64,000 nt of DNA from Octopus vulgaris. Taxonomy: Eukaryota. The stretch lies in assembly GCA_951406725.2 (NCBI GenBank), contig OX597826.1, positions 36,890,001 through 36,954,000 of the forward strand, written 5' to 3'. The translations under genes were made by a program, and so were the position numbers. Within the stretch, counting starts at the first letter, position 1. Each line of letters begins with the position of its first letter. The notes below the pieces were generated by a model. The model worked only from the letters and a program-made list of their open reading frames with translations, ran no database searches and was not told the origin of the DNA. Below, in pieces: positions 38,717-54,370 of the stretch.

Positions 38717-39743
38717 TATATATGTGTGTACATGTGTGTATGTGTGTGTGCATGAAGTAAAATATATTTGCACGCTTACGCATACACATACAGACACATA
38801 TTTGTGCGTGTATGGGTTTTATATAAACCATACTTAAAATAAAACAGGTGAAACATCTCATAACGCATCGACTGTTGCATACATAAATGTGTCTGTATGT
38901 CTGTGTGTGTGTTTGTGTGTGTGAGCGTGTCTGTTTGGGTGCGTATGTATGTGAGTGTGTTTGTGTATATCCAGTGAGAGTCAGACAGACAGACAGAGAA
39001 ACAGAGATCGGCATATATACAATCTATGTGCATTTTCTTCTGTTTATGCATGCATAATTTACATTGCCCACATATACCTCCATATATGCCACATATATAT
39101 ATACATATATATAAAACACATACACATACACTCACACACACACACACACACACGCACACATATATATATTGGGTCATGCGCATCGGCATTCAATTTGAAG
39201 GCTAACTACCTTCCTATTCTTTTGCTTTGTTCAATTTTAGACAACTTTATTTCAATCTCTAAAGAATTTTAGTTTTTGATTTTTACCTTGCTTCCTTTCA
39301 GCTCCCACTAACACCACCACCACCACCACCACCACCATCACACTTTTTATGTCTGTTTGTTATTTTTCGTGGAATACTTTTCACGTTTAAGTGATCGATT
39401 GTTATGGTAGTCTGAAGGAAAATTAGGATTCTATCTTCAATTGAAACATACGTATGTGTGCATATATATTCACGCTTACACCTTATCTGTCTACTATACA
39501 TACATAGATACATACTTACATACATAAGCAGATACGCTCGCATACACAAATATATTTACATACATGGTTGTAAGGTACATTTAATTGTTCTTTTTCTTTC
39601 CAATTTTAGACATAGAGGAGCTGTAACTGAAGCACAGTCACTAGAAAGAGAAGTCTTTTTAACCGAAGTCCTCTCTAATTAGCCAGTCATTCTTATTTCT
39701 CCACCCATGAACAAAAGAATATAATATCAAAGAAGAAAAATGC

Positions 39744-40020
<277 letters not shown>

Positions 40021-40299
40021 TTTAAACCGTATATGCAAATCACATCTGCAATTTCAGATATTTGAAATGTTTAAATTGATGCACTGTTTGATTGGGTGTA
40101 GTTGAGAATGAAATAAGTGCAGTTATAGGAAGGGCAACAGTCCATTATTAAAATATCTCGAGGACTGCAAATGTTCCTGATTAATAAGCAGAGAGGATGA
40201 ACATCTAAGAAAATTGTGAAATGAGAAAATAATTGAGGTGTTTGAAAGGTGAAATATTTGTAGAATTAAGAATTACAATTCGATACTACCTCTCAAATT

Positions 40300-40510
40300 A
40301 TTCTTTTATTCTTTTACTTGTTTCAGTCATTTGATTGCAGCCATGCTGAAACACCACTTTTAGTCAAGCAAATCGACCCCAGGACTTACTCTTTGTAAGC
40401 TTAATATTTATTCTATCAGTCTCTTTTGCCGAACCGCTAAGTTACGGTGACGTAAACGCATCAACAACAGCTATCAAGCGATGGTGGAGGGTCAAACACA
40501 GACACACAAA
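40300..40510 (-). mobile_element. SINE family B 3' half
   Basis: Matches 24890-25100 (cttgtttcagtcatttga...aatcgaccccaggactta...gaaccgctaagt). Confidence 0.8.
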
Positions 40511-40626
40511 TATATATATATATATATATACACAAGACATTTATATATATATACAAGACATATATATATATATATAAAACTAATCCATTGTACTAAAAAC
40601 TAATCCATTCTTGTTGCTTCTTTCTC

Positions 40627-40681
<55 letters not shown>

Positions 40682-43599
40682 TAACTGAACAATTTGAAAA
40701 CTAAATGCTAATGATTTACAAATATGTATGTAATAATGGTATTTAGAAGAACTGAAACTGCTGTCAAAAGAAATTAGGGAAACGAAATCGACTCCAACAC
40801 ATGCTTGGTGTTTATTTAATTGATTCAGGAATGATGAAACGTAAAGATAAACTAGGCGTGAATCGGATTTTAGTACTTAAAGAGCTGGAACTAAACCCCA
40901 CACAGCATCTTGTCTGACTTTCAAAACACTCTGTCAAACCACAACCCTAAAAACTATTACGATAATGAAATAACTTGGTGCATGTTAATGAAAGTAACTT
41001 CCACAAATTTCTGTAAAATAACTGGAAACGACATTCGCTAAGTTACCGCAACCGCGGTTCGATTTACAACACTATTGCATGGACCTCGAATAGCAGCATT
41101 AGTCTCGGTAGGACCTCAACTGAATGGTGTGTGTCTATTCAATTACTGTCAATGTTGTCGTGTATTCTTTCTCCTCTATTAGGATGTGGACAAGACAAGA
41201 TGTTATGAAACAGATATAAGGAATAACTCCAAATATGTTGATATAATATAAAGAGAGGAAAGAATATGAAGGAAATCAGGTAAATTTTATTTTAAAGAAA
41301 TATAGAAATAAACTAATATAAGGAGGTTTACGAAAATAGATTGATAGATAAATTTATATCATTGTCTCCTTTTAATCTTTTATCTTACTGCCGAAGTATC
41401 TTATCAATCAAGATCTGAATATGAAGTAGTCAATAGTTTCTTTCCAGGTTATTCTACTCAAGAGATTGTTCTAAAGAGGGTACGTGATAATTTGGTTGAT
41501 AATTTCATCCTTGACCTCAAATATTATTGCAACAAGTTCACATGGTTAGAAGAGATTGCCGAAAGCAAGACAATAGTGGAAAATATGAATTGGTTAAATT
41601 GGCAACTTCCATAGAGAATGAAATATCATTGAATTCAATGGTCGTATCTTTGATCTTTGCTTTCAGCTGCCCTAGCAAATATTTGCTTCTTATGGCTTCA
41701 GGAAACTTTGTGGTCATGGTGGGAAATGGCTGCATTAACCTTAGATGATCACTGACCGAACACAAATTGATTCAAAATTGATAGTACTAAAATGCCGATG
41801 AAAGTATTGTAGAATATTTTATTTGTGTATTTCTTCGTAGAGAATGGGTGCATTGCAATTATTAAGACATTTATTTCCTCTGTACATCATTCGTTGTAAT
41901 TTTATCAGTACAGCATTCTACTCCTTCGACGTATGAAAATTATGTTTTCTGTGTTAAATTTAATATTTTGAGACATATTTCAAACCTGCATTCTTTGTCG
42001 TTTGTCTCTGTGCTCTATTTATTTTTACCTTCGCTCTGCCATATTCAGAGATTAATGAATTTGCTACGACTGCTAACAACACGTTATATTTATTACCTGT
42101 TAATAAGGAGGTTTCTTGAAATCTAAAATAGATGTCCTTCTTTACAATACTAAATTTATATTTCTGTTTAGAGTAACGCATTGAATAACTTTGAATATAA
42201 TAGTTTATAGCCGAGATAAAGGTGCAACTCACCGGCACATACTTACACATTCCTATACAAAATTGTATTAACGTGAATTCGTGACTGTACACAGATAGCT
42301 GTTTCCTCTTCAAAATAAAATTATTAAACAGAACTATGTCCGAAGTTGTCACCCCTACCTACCAATATTAGACTGCACTTATTAATAGTCATTAAGTCAA
42401 TACTTTGTTCTCCATACTGTATAGTGTGATTCCCTCCGACCCATTATTTTATATGCGATGGTACACATTTTAACATCGTTTAATGTGCAGATGTCCACTC
42501 GAGATAAAATTTCCCATTCATTACGTTAACCATAGCTACTTACCCATGCGTATCATTTCTCCACAACATATTTATCTTGTCATAAATGATGTGATAGAGT
42601 CTATGCTTTGCTTAGGAGGGCTAATAATAGTGGAATATTTTGTTTACGCTTATAAGCAAATTACAGAATAAATACTAGTTGTTAGACTAATGTTTCTCCC
42701 AACGCATGAATGATTTTAAGTAATTAGATTCTTTCTTTTCTGCAGTTTTCCCGATGACCTTAACTTGTGTCTATTTTCACAGATTGAGTAAGATCAGGTG
42801 CAAAATCAATCCACCTAGGATCAGATAAATCAAAGATATTTTCAGAAAATTCTAATAGCAGATGTTATGCCAAGTCACACAGTTATTATTAGAAAGTAAA
42901 AGAAATAATGAATAATAAATAAATAACAAATATAAAAAGAAGAAAATGGATTTAGCAAGAATGGTGGAAGATGGCAAACAAGGTGATCAACATAATGACA
43001 ACCTTGCAAAAGCGTACGAATTGGCTGAAGTGTCGTAAGCCCTGAAAATGAAGTAAACACGTGGTTTTTATAAGAAAAGCATGTGAATTCCAGAACTGAA
43101 ATCTTGATAGATTTAATTTAATTTATTTCTGTATATTTCATTTCGCATTACAGCATGACTAAATTATTGTAAAAAAATTGAAACCGGTGGCACGTGTTGG
43201 TAAGTATATTGTTTTTCATTTGTAAATAATAAAGATTACAAGGCAATTTTTTTCTTGTATTCTTATACAGACACACATATTTACACGTATCGGTGTATCC
43301 AGACACATATATTAACATACAAACTTAGACATATGAATACACATATTAATTTATATCATTGTGAACTAACAATGTATATGGATGTGAGTGCATGTTTACT
43401 GCTCGTTGAACTCTCATGGCAATAATACTTGCCTATGAACATATTAGTTATGTTAATTTTTATAGAACTTGAAAAGTAAAATAATTTAGTAAACACAGAA
43501 GCTGATGGCTGAATACATTATTGTTAATAGAATCATCAGGCGTTTATACATATATATGTGTGTGTATGTGTGTGTACGTGTGTAAGTGTTTATGTATGT

Positions 43600-43740
43600 G
43601 TGTGTGTAAGATTAGACACCAAACAGTTTGGTGCTCGTCTGCGTAGTAAAATGATAAAAAGAGACCATTGAACTCGGTGAGGAGTGGAAAATTCAACGTT
43701 TCGGACAGCGTGCTTTTTCTCAGAGAAGTTGAAAAGAGAG

Positions 43741-43778
<38 letters not shown>

Positions 43779-44370
43779 TCTTATATACTTTCCATTAAAA
43801 AACAAAGTGGTTGCAACTGATAAGAACGCAGAATCACGTGAGCATCAGACGTGGAGAAGTGATTGGAGAAAAAGCGTGAGAAAAGGACGGGAAGAGTAAT
43901 GGAATGAGGAGAAGCAGGCAAAGTCGAGGGTGAGATGAAGGGAAAAGATTAGCTGAGAGGTGAGTAAAAGCACAGGAAAGAGTCTAAAGAAGTATGAGGA
44001 GGCGCAGAGGTGGAAGGAAAATGTTCATTTAAACCTGTCGGCTAAATGGCGCCGAGTTCGAATATAAGATATTGCTCCTTTCGTTTCTTCGCGGAAGTGG
44101 TTCAATGAAGCGCTGCATACGGATAAATCTTTAATGGAATGGTCTGTAGTTGTAAAATTGTTTGCGACAGTTTGGCCGGACATACGTGTTAATATACTTC
44201 GAATATGATCACGAAAGCGATCAGCTAGGCGTTGGTCTGTTTCTTCAATGTAAAGAACGCCACAAAGCTTGCATATAATGCAATATATAAGGTTACACGA
44301 GGTGGAACAGGAATTTTGAGTAATATCATATTATTTCTTGGGCTCTATGGTGGTGGATATATTGTTAACG
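43600..44370 (+). promoter_or_regulatory. Candidate host-gene promoter or first exon
   Basis: Locally CpG-rich, non-repetitive block with TCACGTGA (43834-43841), AAATGGCG (YY1-like, 44044-44051) and GCGGAAGTG (ETS-like, 44091-44099). Ends in a donor-like G|GTATGT at 44370/44371. No long ORF. Confidence 0.35.
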
Positions 44371-45066
44371 GTATGTTAACTTAAAGTTGATTTATATAAT
44401 TTATATTGGTATAATTGAACAAATTATTGTGTTTAATTACAAGATTACTAAATAAGTTAATAACCATAAATTTTCCGTTTAATTTCGCTTAACTAACAGC
44501 CACTTTTCTTTACTCAAACTTAAATGAGTAGCAGACAAATTAGCAGTCCGTAAGCCAGAAAGGAAAAATAGATGCGCAACAGAAGGAAAAATAATGAATC
44601 ACTAGAACAATATGGTTATGATTCGGATGGAAATTTTCTTCACTCGTTCTATTTTCTCTCTCCTACACCGCCCATGTGTTTACAATTTAAGCATTTGCAT
44701 TGTAAGATATTTAGTGAGATAATCAATATTTTAGGTGAAAGACCCAAAACGCATATACTTTGCATATTATTTGCTTCATCATCATTAATAATTTGTGTCC
44801 TTAAACAGAAACTCTTAAATATTCTGAATACATGTGCAAGATTATTATTTTTCGGTATATCACAACATTGTTTTATAAATACTGCTGATATGTCATTGGA
44901 AGAAAACTTATTTATTTCAAAACACAAAATACTAGTTTGTATGGTCTTGTTATTTTTTTATAGCTAAAAGCTATTAGAGTAGGAGATTTATTTCTTGCAG
45001 TTGTACACTCCATTTATTATATATTTATGCCTGTGGCTTTCTTAAAATTATTTGTTTTCTTAGAAA

Positions 45067-45103
<37 letters not shown>

Positions 45104-45467
45104 TAGATAGATACACACACACATACACGTACATGTATACATAGATATATGCACATATACCTATGTAAACACGCAGGTACACACGCATATATACGTGCAC
45201 ACACAGATGCATCTTTCTATATTATTTTTTTTCTGTTCATAGGCTGCTAAAGAAATCAGTTAACAGAGAAACAAAGGAGAATGTTTGATTTGCAAAATCT
45301 TTGGAATACTATGATATATATGCATACATACATATACTATACTATAATATATATGTGTTATATATATACATATATATGTATAATATATATATTTATAATG
45401 CATATACTATACAATGATATAGTGAGTGCATATGTAAACATATATTCATATGTATGTATGTACGTAC

Positions 45468-45506
<39 letters not shown>

Positions 45507-46124
45507 GATGCTATTTACTTCAAGTTTGTTAAGCTTCATCCATAATAGGCTAAGAGAATCAGACAAAACTAGAAATATAATTGGCTTATATTTGCTGTGA
45601 CTGTTGCTACGTTGGTGAAGAAACCGATTTCAGTTTTCTGTTCATTAAAGATTTAATTAAAAAATTGAGATGATAATATATATGTCCTTTAGTTTTAAAT
45701 GAAAAGCTGCAACTATTTTAAACTTCGACGTCATTTGTTCTAACTGTTATACGGTAGGATGGTAACCAAGTTTAATCTTATCCCGTGCGCAGCCCTGTAG
45801 TATATTGCATATTTTGTTTGTAACAATGTACACGAATTTTCACTTGGACAACATGACAATGTTTCAACGAAGAGACGACTCATAATTTATATCCTGTCAC
45901 GTATGTTATGTTTTTGAAGTAAGTTCCAACAGTCACACACGTAATCACTAGTAAAGCGATTTAGCATCACGTGCTAGTTTTGCGTAGTACAGATCTTTAA
46001 GTATAGACTGTAAAGGAATTCGGTTATTGAGCTCATCATTTAATTAGATACACTCACAGTATAAAGTAAACTTCTAAATATTTACCGTTTGACTAAATGA
46101 ATAGTAGTTCTACATATTCATTAT

Positions 46125-46223
46125 ATGTAATTATTATTATTATCATTATTGCTATACTAATAATGATAATAACAATTATAAAAATAATAATAATAACAAT
46201 AATAAAAATAATAATAATAATAA

Positions 46224-46254
<31 letters not shown>

Positions 46255-46310
46255 CATCATCATCATCATCATTATTATTATTATTATTATTATTATCATC
46301 ATCATCATCA

Positions 46311-46353
<43 letters not shown>

Positions 46354-46430
46354 CGTTGATCTTTTTATTAACTGTAATCAGTTATCATTACATATCATCG
46401 TAATCATCATCATCTTCATTATTATTATTG
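46125..46430 (+). repeat. (ATT/AAT/ATC)n compound microsatellite
   Basis: Direct inspection. Confidence 0.93.
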
Positions 46431-47590
46431 TTTCGCACGAGAAATAAATGGACACAGACTATGTCGATTTAACCAAGATCTGAGAATGCCATAACACAAT
46501 TTCGAATAATTTATCATTTTACGTCGAGAATAATTATATCATACAATTAAACGAGCTTTTACTAGACATTCGCTAAAATTGGAATAATAAAAGAACCACC
46601 TTTTGTAACATATTTCATAGAAATTATTTAATTAGTGAAGATAGTTAAAGAGTTGGAGGAAACTGTTGTCTGGAATGGCCTCATTTTTCAGTAGTATAAA
46701 AATAAATATTCGTAAAAAAATCTATTGACATCATATTTCTGATTGAAATAGCTTGTGCTGAAATCTGCGAATACAACAAAATTTCTCAAAAATCAATCAA
46801 AAATTCAATTTTGCTTCCCAAGCATTTGGTGATTAAAAATTTGTGATCAAAGACTATTGAGAATGTTGTTGATTGATGTATTTATCCATTTATCAACGAC
46901 GAGGAATTGTTCAATTCTAATAAGATATAATTCTATCCAACTTCATTATGGCTCCCAGTGTATTCGTGTCCATACTTACGACAGAATGTATGTTAATTTC
47001 ATTATCCCACCCCTAACTTTCCAATCTAGATTACAGCCAAAACTTCCAAAGCTTTAGCAACATGGGCCTATTCTTACTTTATTCATAAAGAAGATCTCAG
47101 GTGATAAATGTAATGTAATTTTCAGACTGAAATTATATGATATTATCCTTAATAAAACACGTTTATGTATTTGCATTTTTTTCTCTGTTGCAACTGGAAA
47201 TGTATTGGTGTATTTGTGGTTATGTGTGGAGAACTAAAACACTGTAGCGACTTGTATATTATAATGTAGTTATGGGAAACCCAACAAAGGCGAAATGAAA
47301 TGCAATGCACCACACTCAACAATTAGCCTCAAAAAGGCGGTACAGAGGATTGAAACAAGAATTTCAACGGCAAACACGTATTCCTTTCCATATGAGAAAC
47401 AATAGCATGATCGAAATGTAAAACTGAAATTTACTAATTATTAATCTATTTTTGTTCGTCCTTTTCAAATTCGTTCGTTGACACATCTTAGTACAGACAT
47501 CGAATCGACAAGGAAACCTAAATCAATAACTGGAACATATATGTGGATGTGAGAGATTCGCCGAGTGTGTGTGTGCGCGTGTATATATAC

Positions 47591-47699
<109 letters not shown>

Positions 47700-47713
47700 A
47701 TAATAATAATATA

Positions 47714-47764
<51 letters not shown>

Positions 47765-47771
47765 TAATAAT

Positions 47772-48072
47772 GCTAACCTGTCGATAGATATGACAGGTTA
47801 GCTTGGGAGGTTAAGCAGTTGTGGTCGATGAAAAAGGTGTTAGTAGCACCAATAATTCTCGGAGCCCTGGGAGCAGTGAGTAAAATTCTTGAGAAGTACA
47901 TGGAACAAACAGGGGCTGCAATAAGGGTGGAGCACTTGCAGAAAACAGCATTGCTGGGAACCGCTCGAATACTCTGGAAGGTGTTCGAAAAATAAGGGGC
48001 ATTACCTTAGTTCACTGGTAGTGAACAGCTGACACCGTAGTACATATCCATCATTAGAAGCTGTGCAAAGAC
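47772..48072 (+). mobile_element. RLE retrotransposon 3' fragment (family D2)
   Basis: DRYDRLAWEVKQLWSMKKVLVAPIILGALGAVSKILEKYMEQTGAAIRVEHLQKTALLGTARILWKVFEK* (stop 47993-47995), short UTR, (TAA)n on both sides. Confidence 0.85.
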
Positions 48073-51194
<3,122 letters not shown>

Positions 51195-52351
51195 TAATAA
51201 TAATAATAATCCTCATCATCATCATTGGATGGAATTTATAAACATTTATTGCTTCGCTACGCGCAACTCCACATATCACATGACTCTTAAGACCACAGTT
51301 GCAATATTCAATGGAGCAACTGCGGTCAGTTATATCGTTGACTTTCAATAGAGTACTTGTTATGATTTGCAATCAGAAAATAGCTCAAACAATGTGTTAT
51401 ATAATAAAACAAGAGAAAAAATCAAGTCTACTATTGAATTAATGAATGTACACTATTTCCCTAGAAGATTGCATTTATCGTCATACACTCGCAGTCTCGG
51501 TAAATTCACTCTAGCCAGTCCGTTATCTCTGTATATACCTCGCTTCTTTCGAATGCTCGATAATAAAATTGCATTTATCATATTCTATCTCATAAATATA
51601 CAGAGTAACACTGCAGAAATGAAACTCACTGCACGCTCCACCAGAATAACACTGTTAATGTATAAAACAAAATATATACAGGAATACTTTATTACACGAG
51701 GAATGACACCGTGCATAGTCATAAAAACTTAGATCAAGATGGCTGAATCATATAAATTAGTTTTTTTAACCGCAGTATGCACATGAACACAATTGGTGGT
51801 ATTTTGCTTCGAAAGGCATTTGTTACAACAATATTATGCATATTTAATGGTATGAATTACGTAACTGCTGTGCTTACTGAAAACCCTTTATAGAATCATG
51901 AACTCGCAAAAGAGTTAGCAATTATCATCCCAGTTAGCAAAATATCACTTTCCTGTAATATATTTGCATGATTGTAATTGCTTCTCACTGCAGTGAAATC
52001 CCCTTCTCTTTCTCGCTCTCTCTTCCCAATTCATACTTGTTCTGCTGATACAAGAAGCCATCTTCTTAAACATGACTACCTGAAATGTATGTAACCTTTA
52101 AATGATTGAATGCCCAGAAAAATTAGACAATCATTTTTAAATACAAATTCCTTGATCTTCTATTAACCTCTCCACATGTCTCATTTCTGTTCTCAATGTA
52201 ATTTATTCGCATCCCCTTTAATCTCACGTTTGGAGCTATATCAATGATAACTCTATTGTAGAACAGAAAATGCACTCTGCATGTGTGCAAACATACATGC
52301 ATACATACATACATACATATGGAGATTACTTTCTCTGTTCTGCAACAGATT

Positions 52352-52398
<47 letters not shown>

Positions 52399-52764
52399 CA
52401 CTTAGGCATAGCATTAACTAATAACCTAGTGTAGAACTCAATATGGTCCGGAAAACAATGTTATATGTGTATAGAGTAGTATTCAAATATTACGTAATAC
52501 ACTTCATTAGCTTGTCGCTGTTTTGGTGGAGTGGTGGAGTCTTAGTGAATATCAGGATAACGACCTATAGCTTCATCAGAACCATGACTATGAAGTGCCC
52601 TTTATTTGGGAAAAGTACATTGTCAGAATATAGAGGTGTTATGAGTGAGAACGTTTACCTTGATTGTACTAGAAAGTTCTATTCCAATGTAGAAAAAAGT
52701 ATGCAAATATACGTATGCGCTGAGAGTAGAAATTATAGGGGAGATATATGGCTAAACACTCGTT

Positions 52765-52809
<45 letters not shown>

Positions 52810-52942
52810 GTGTGCGTGTGTTAAGATACATTATTGAATTTTGTTCCATTTTATATTGAAAAATTACGTATTTGTATATATATTTATATTTTCTTATAAT
52901 ATAATGTACGTATATTTATTTAATTATTTTATTGTTTTTATC

Positions 52943-53028
52943 TTGGACTTGATGAGTGACTATATTTAAATTGAATTGATTTAACTGTTATCAGTTGGAA
53001 AATATTGCCACGAAACACGTGTTGTGTA
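52943..53028 (+). ncRNA. Decayed minimal hammerhead ribozyme-like motif
   Basis: TTGATGA at 52949-52955 (C3>T), stem II gtgactatattt/aaatattgccac (10 of 12 paired), then GAAAC-ACGT-GTT with a palindromic stem III. Stem I is only partly paired. Confidence 0.5.
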
Positions 53029-54157
53029 TTTACTAATTATATACTATTTATTTATTATTTTGTACTTTATTTAGTTCTAGGTAAATGCTTTATCGTATAT
53101 TTAATTTTTTTGTATATGGCATGATTTAATTATATCATTGTTGAATTGCTACACTCTCTACCATATACTTGAAACTGTGTATAAAATTATGATGACATCA
53201 ACTATTGTTTTCTTTCAAATTCGTTGTGTATATTGTACTATGAGTTAATTGGTTGGTCGCTTAGTGAGAAAGTGTCGTAAATGTCTGTCTGATGTAACAG
53301 TTTAAGTCAAGACGTTTACAACTTTTATGTAGAGAACGAAACGTGCATATAGTATTAATTGTTTGAAGAACTTTCTTTGATTTATGAGCTTGATTTTGTA
53401 TGCATATCAGGTGCCTATTTCATGCTGGTGTCTATGATTTTGCGCCTTGAGTTCATATAGTCGGGGGAGGTCGGTTCAATGCGTTTTTAATGATATATTT
53501 AGGGACGAAAATGTAAAAGCCTTTCTCAGAACAGCACGCAGAATGTTTTGTATATATGAGGTACCATGAATATATATAAGTATTTATATGTGACTTTGTG
53601 TATGCAGAAACACGCCATGCATATTATTTTCTATTCTTGCATTTATAACTAAGAATGAGTTGGTATTTGTATCAGAATTGATGCTGGAGTATATTGGATT
53701 GCTCTCCATCCAAATAAAGTGCTATAATATACAGAATCTTTGTAGTATTCCAGCATATGACAAATTTTGCTTTAACTTCTCACTGCACACACTGATGTCA
53801 AATTACATTACTTATCTAGGCTACAATCGTAAATATGGTAAATATATATATAAAAAAAATAGTCAGACTTGACATTCTCTGTCAGTTCCTTGAGGCTGTT
53901 GATGATAAACGTATTATAAAAACTGATGGCAAACTGTGCAACTTATTGAAATTTGAAAGCGACAAACATCGAAGAAAACACGAAATAACTTATTTAGCAA
54001 GAACCTCGGGTCATGTCTACAAGGACAGAACTATCATGAAAAAGTTGTAATTTATAAAAGCAATAAAACCACATTCGTCTTTGTTAATTATTATAGTAAT
54101 TAATACCTTTCCTCAGAATAACGCAAAATTCATCAACATTAAGTTAACAGCTTACTT

Positions 54158-54370
54158 AAACTGAAATAGAATTAATTAATATGATTATTCTGCCTACACT
54201 GGTTCCATAATAGCATATCTTTTGCAACAGATACGAGCAAACAGTCTGACAGACAACCTTTAAAACTGAAATTGAATGAATAAATATGATTACACTGCCT
54301 ACACTGATTCCATGAGAGCATATCGTTTGCAACAGATATGGACAAACAACTTGACAGACAACCTTGAAAA
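54158..54370. repeat. Tandem duplication, two diverged 105-bp units
   Basis: ctgaaat at 54161 and 54266; shared atatgatta..ctgcctacactg.ttccat...agcatatc.tttgcaacagata...gacagacaacctt. Confidence 0.85.

Noticed and set aside
42783-42787. 5-nt microexon (AG|ATTGA|GTAAGA), with a similar case at 54156-54160 on the minus strand
   Set aside because: Such motifs arise by chance in AT-rich DNA, and there is no frame or host-gene support.
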